64,000 nucleotides of DNA from Octopus bimaculoides (taxonomy: Eukaryota), in the NCBI RefSeq assembly GCF_001194135.2, contig NC_068985.1, forward strand, positions 55,018,670 to 55,082,669, in the 5' to 3' direction. Position numbers and translations under genes: made by a program. The notes beneath the pieces were generated by a model. That model ran no database searches and had not been told where the DNA came from. It was given only the letters and a program-made list of their open reading frames with translations. Of this stretch, positions 62,175 to 64,000 are shown piece after piece. How positions within the stretch are numbered: position 1 is the stretch's first letter; each line of letters starts with the position of its first letter.

Positions 62175-62311
62175 TGAAGCTTTAGCACGCTGAAGATGCA
62201 TCACATCACCATACAAGTTCTCTCCCCTCCCAATGCGACACAGTGCAACTGCAGCTACAAGGGAGAAAACTTGTATGCTGTCATGATGTACCTAAGTGTG
62301 CTAAAGGTTAA
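62175..62311. mobile_element. Small palindromic piggyBac-like MITE
   Basis: Arms 62180-62226 and 62261-62306 (ctttagcac...atacaagttctctccc / gggagaaaacttgtat...gtgctaaag). The right end gctaaaggTTAA resembles the family-2 terminus gctaaagggTTAA. Confidence 0.6.
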
Positions 62312-62507
62312 AAAGAGGACATGCTGGATACTGTTAACTGTTGGTACACAAAAGGACAGGGTGGTCACAACTGGGATACCTTTGATTATAGGTATGCTTA
62401 ACCGGAGACAAATGGTAACTACAGCATCTTCCATACATATATTTTGTATAAATCTATGTAATTGGTAGGAAATTCGTTACAAATTTAAGTGTTTGAACAT
62501 ATTGTAG

Positions 62508-62960
62508 GCACAGGCATAGCTGTGTGGTTAAGAATTTTGCTTCATGACCACATGATCTTGGGTTCAGACCCATGGCATGGCACTTAGCCTAAGGTCAACC
62601 TAAGACATGTGAGTGAATTTAGTAGACAGAAACTAAGAGAAGCCTATCATATATCATCGTCATTTAATGTCCATTTTCCATGCTGGCATTGGTTAAACAC
62701 ACACACATACATACATATGCACGTATCTTCATGTTACCATGACATGACAAGCTAATATTGTAAACAAATGTCACTTTCATATAATTGGTGTAGTTATTTA
62801 CAATCTTCCACAAAAACATATTTGAACATTGTGTTGTTCTTGTTCAAAGGACTAAGTGAAAAATATTACCTTGCTTGGAAACTAGTGTAGGTTGGCAACA
62901 GGAAGAACCTCTGGTTGACAGAAATCTGTCTCAACAGATTTCATCTGACCCATGCAGGTA
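62508..62960 (+). mobile_element. Family-B SINE and type-i tail
   Basis: acaggcatagctgtgtggttaag...gacagaaactaagagaagcc; aatattaccttgcttggaaac...ggttggcaacaggaag...gacccatgca. Confidence 0.7.
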
Positions 62961-63034
62961 TGGAAAATTATGTAAATACACACACAGAAACATATATAAA
63001 CATCTATAACATATACACATGCATACATATACAG

Positions 63035-63092
<58 letters not shown>

Positions 63093-63180
63093 NNNNNNNN
63101 NNTATATATATATATATATATATATGAGTGAATGGACAAATGAAAGATGGGCATTCAATAAATTTATTGGACGTTACATG

Positions 63181-63332
63181 TATGGATCAAAACAGTTTGA
63201 TTCAGATTCGTTGGTACTCTTGAGTTTCAAGCAAGATGCTAATCATCAGCTATTTCAAAATGGCTGACAACTAGCATCACACTTGAAACTCAAGAGTATT
63301 AACGAATTTGAATCAAACTGTTCTGATCCATA
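63181..63332. mobile_element. 152-bp fully palindromic, TA-flanked MITE
   Basis: 70-bp arms (63181-63250, 63263-63332) identical at 60/70 with a 12-nt loop; TA at both ends; (TA)n on the right flank. Confidence 0.85.
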
Positions 63333-64000
63333 TATATATATATATAAAACTTACTGTATAAAGGTTAACGCATGCATTCTGTCGTGATACAAACAATATA
63401 TGAGTATATGCATATATATGTACATGTATGTATATACCTTCATCCACATGTACATATAGATACATAACTGGGTACATGACGTGGCAAAAGAACATGGACA
63501 AAATGGTAAACAAGGTGCAACAAACAAGCAGGCCACATAGAAACATCCCCTTCATCAGCTGCCACCATTAAAACCCCGGCGTTTCAAGGATTTTATTATC
63601 TGTGAATTTCAATAAAAATAGTTTTTTTTTGTTTTGTTCAAGACAGTAAACGAAGTAAACTGGTTACAGGTCAATAAAGTAATTAAAGTTTCAAAGTGCA
63701 GATTAAGCAGAGAAGTCAGTAGAAAAGTTGGTTAAAGAGAAGGCTTAGGGCGGAAGTGAAGAATGGACAATAAGAAAAAACAAAGTGGGAGTTGAGAATG
63801 TTTGTTAGATAGTGGTTAGTACAAAGTCAAAATGAGAACACTAGCTTAGCTGGGTTAAAGTTAAAACTAGTTATAAAAATCAAAAATATTTCATACATCT
63901 GCACACACAAAATTATTTTCAACTGAAACTTCACAAATTATGGCACTCAGCTTCATGTTTTACTGATTTGGGTATAATAAAAGAACTGAATCAACCAATC

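Noticed and set aside
63540-63600. Minus-strand GAAAC…(near-palindromic acgccggggt)…CTGATGA, suggesting a type II hammerhead in a Penelope-like terminal repeat
   Set aside because: Stem I cannot form between the cleavage triplet and CUGAUGA, and stem II is only weakly paired; insufficient without a family consensus.
63748-63758. GGGCGGAAGTG (GC-box/ETS composite)
   Set aside because: An isolated 11-mer with no CpG island or other promoter evidence.

Overview
AT-rich, microsatellite-dense eukaryotic DNA whose repeat content (tRNA-derived SINEs with (ATT)n or (GAT)n tails, R4/Dong, RTE, mariner, piggyBac-type MITEs) looks like an octopus/coleoid cephalopod genome. That attribution is pattern recognition, not a search result. 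I found no host protein-coding gene I can support. Nearly all ORFs in the track are microsatellite or SINE read-throughs, so the window appears intronic or intergenic. Well-supported contents: the 3' end of a hAT transposon (1-1026); a full-length but dead DD34D mariner (2660-3904) inserted at a TA inside a SINE; a 2.4-kb R4/Dong LINE plus four shorter R4/Dong-type 3' fragments (at least four lineages in all), all at (TAA)n tracts and three of them stacked head-to-tail (30.8-34.4 kb); a HERO-like restriction-endonuclease LINE remnant; three RTE LINE fragments; about 15 (ATT)n-tailed SINEs, some in tandem arrays; modular SINEs with a microsatellite hinge and interchangeable tails; several MITEs; and a 1.37-kb foldback element. 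The most interesting signals are (i) an apparent microsatellite-seeded insertion nursery, in which SINE (ATT)n tails act as antiparallel (TAA)n landing pads for R4/Dong LINEs; (ii) many long hairpin-forming elements that would be dsRNA/ADAR or small-RNA substrates if transcribed; and (iii) a duplicated 147/148-bp exon-like segment with splice signals and synonymous-rich divergence. Five N gaps (20583-20592, 24988-25035, 52914-52923, 56861-56965, 63093-63102) fall mostly in tandem repeats. Repeat boundaries were read by eye and are approximate unless a motif is quoted.
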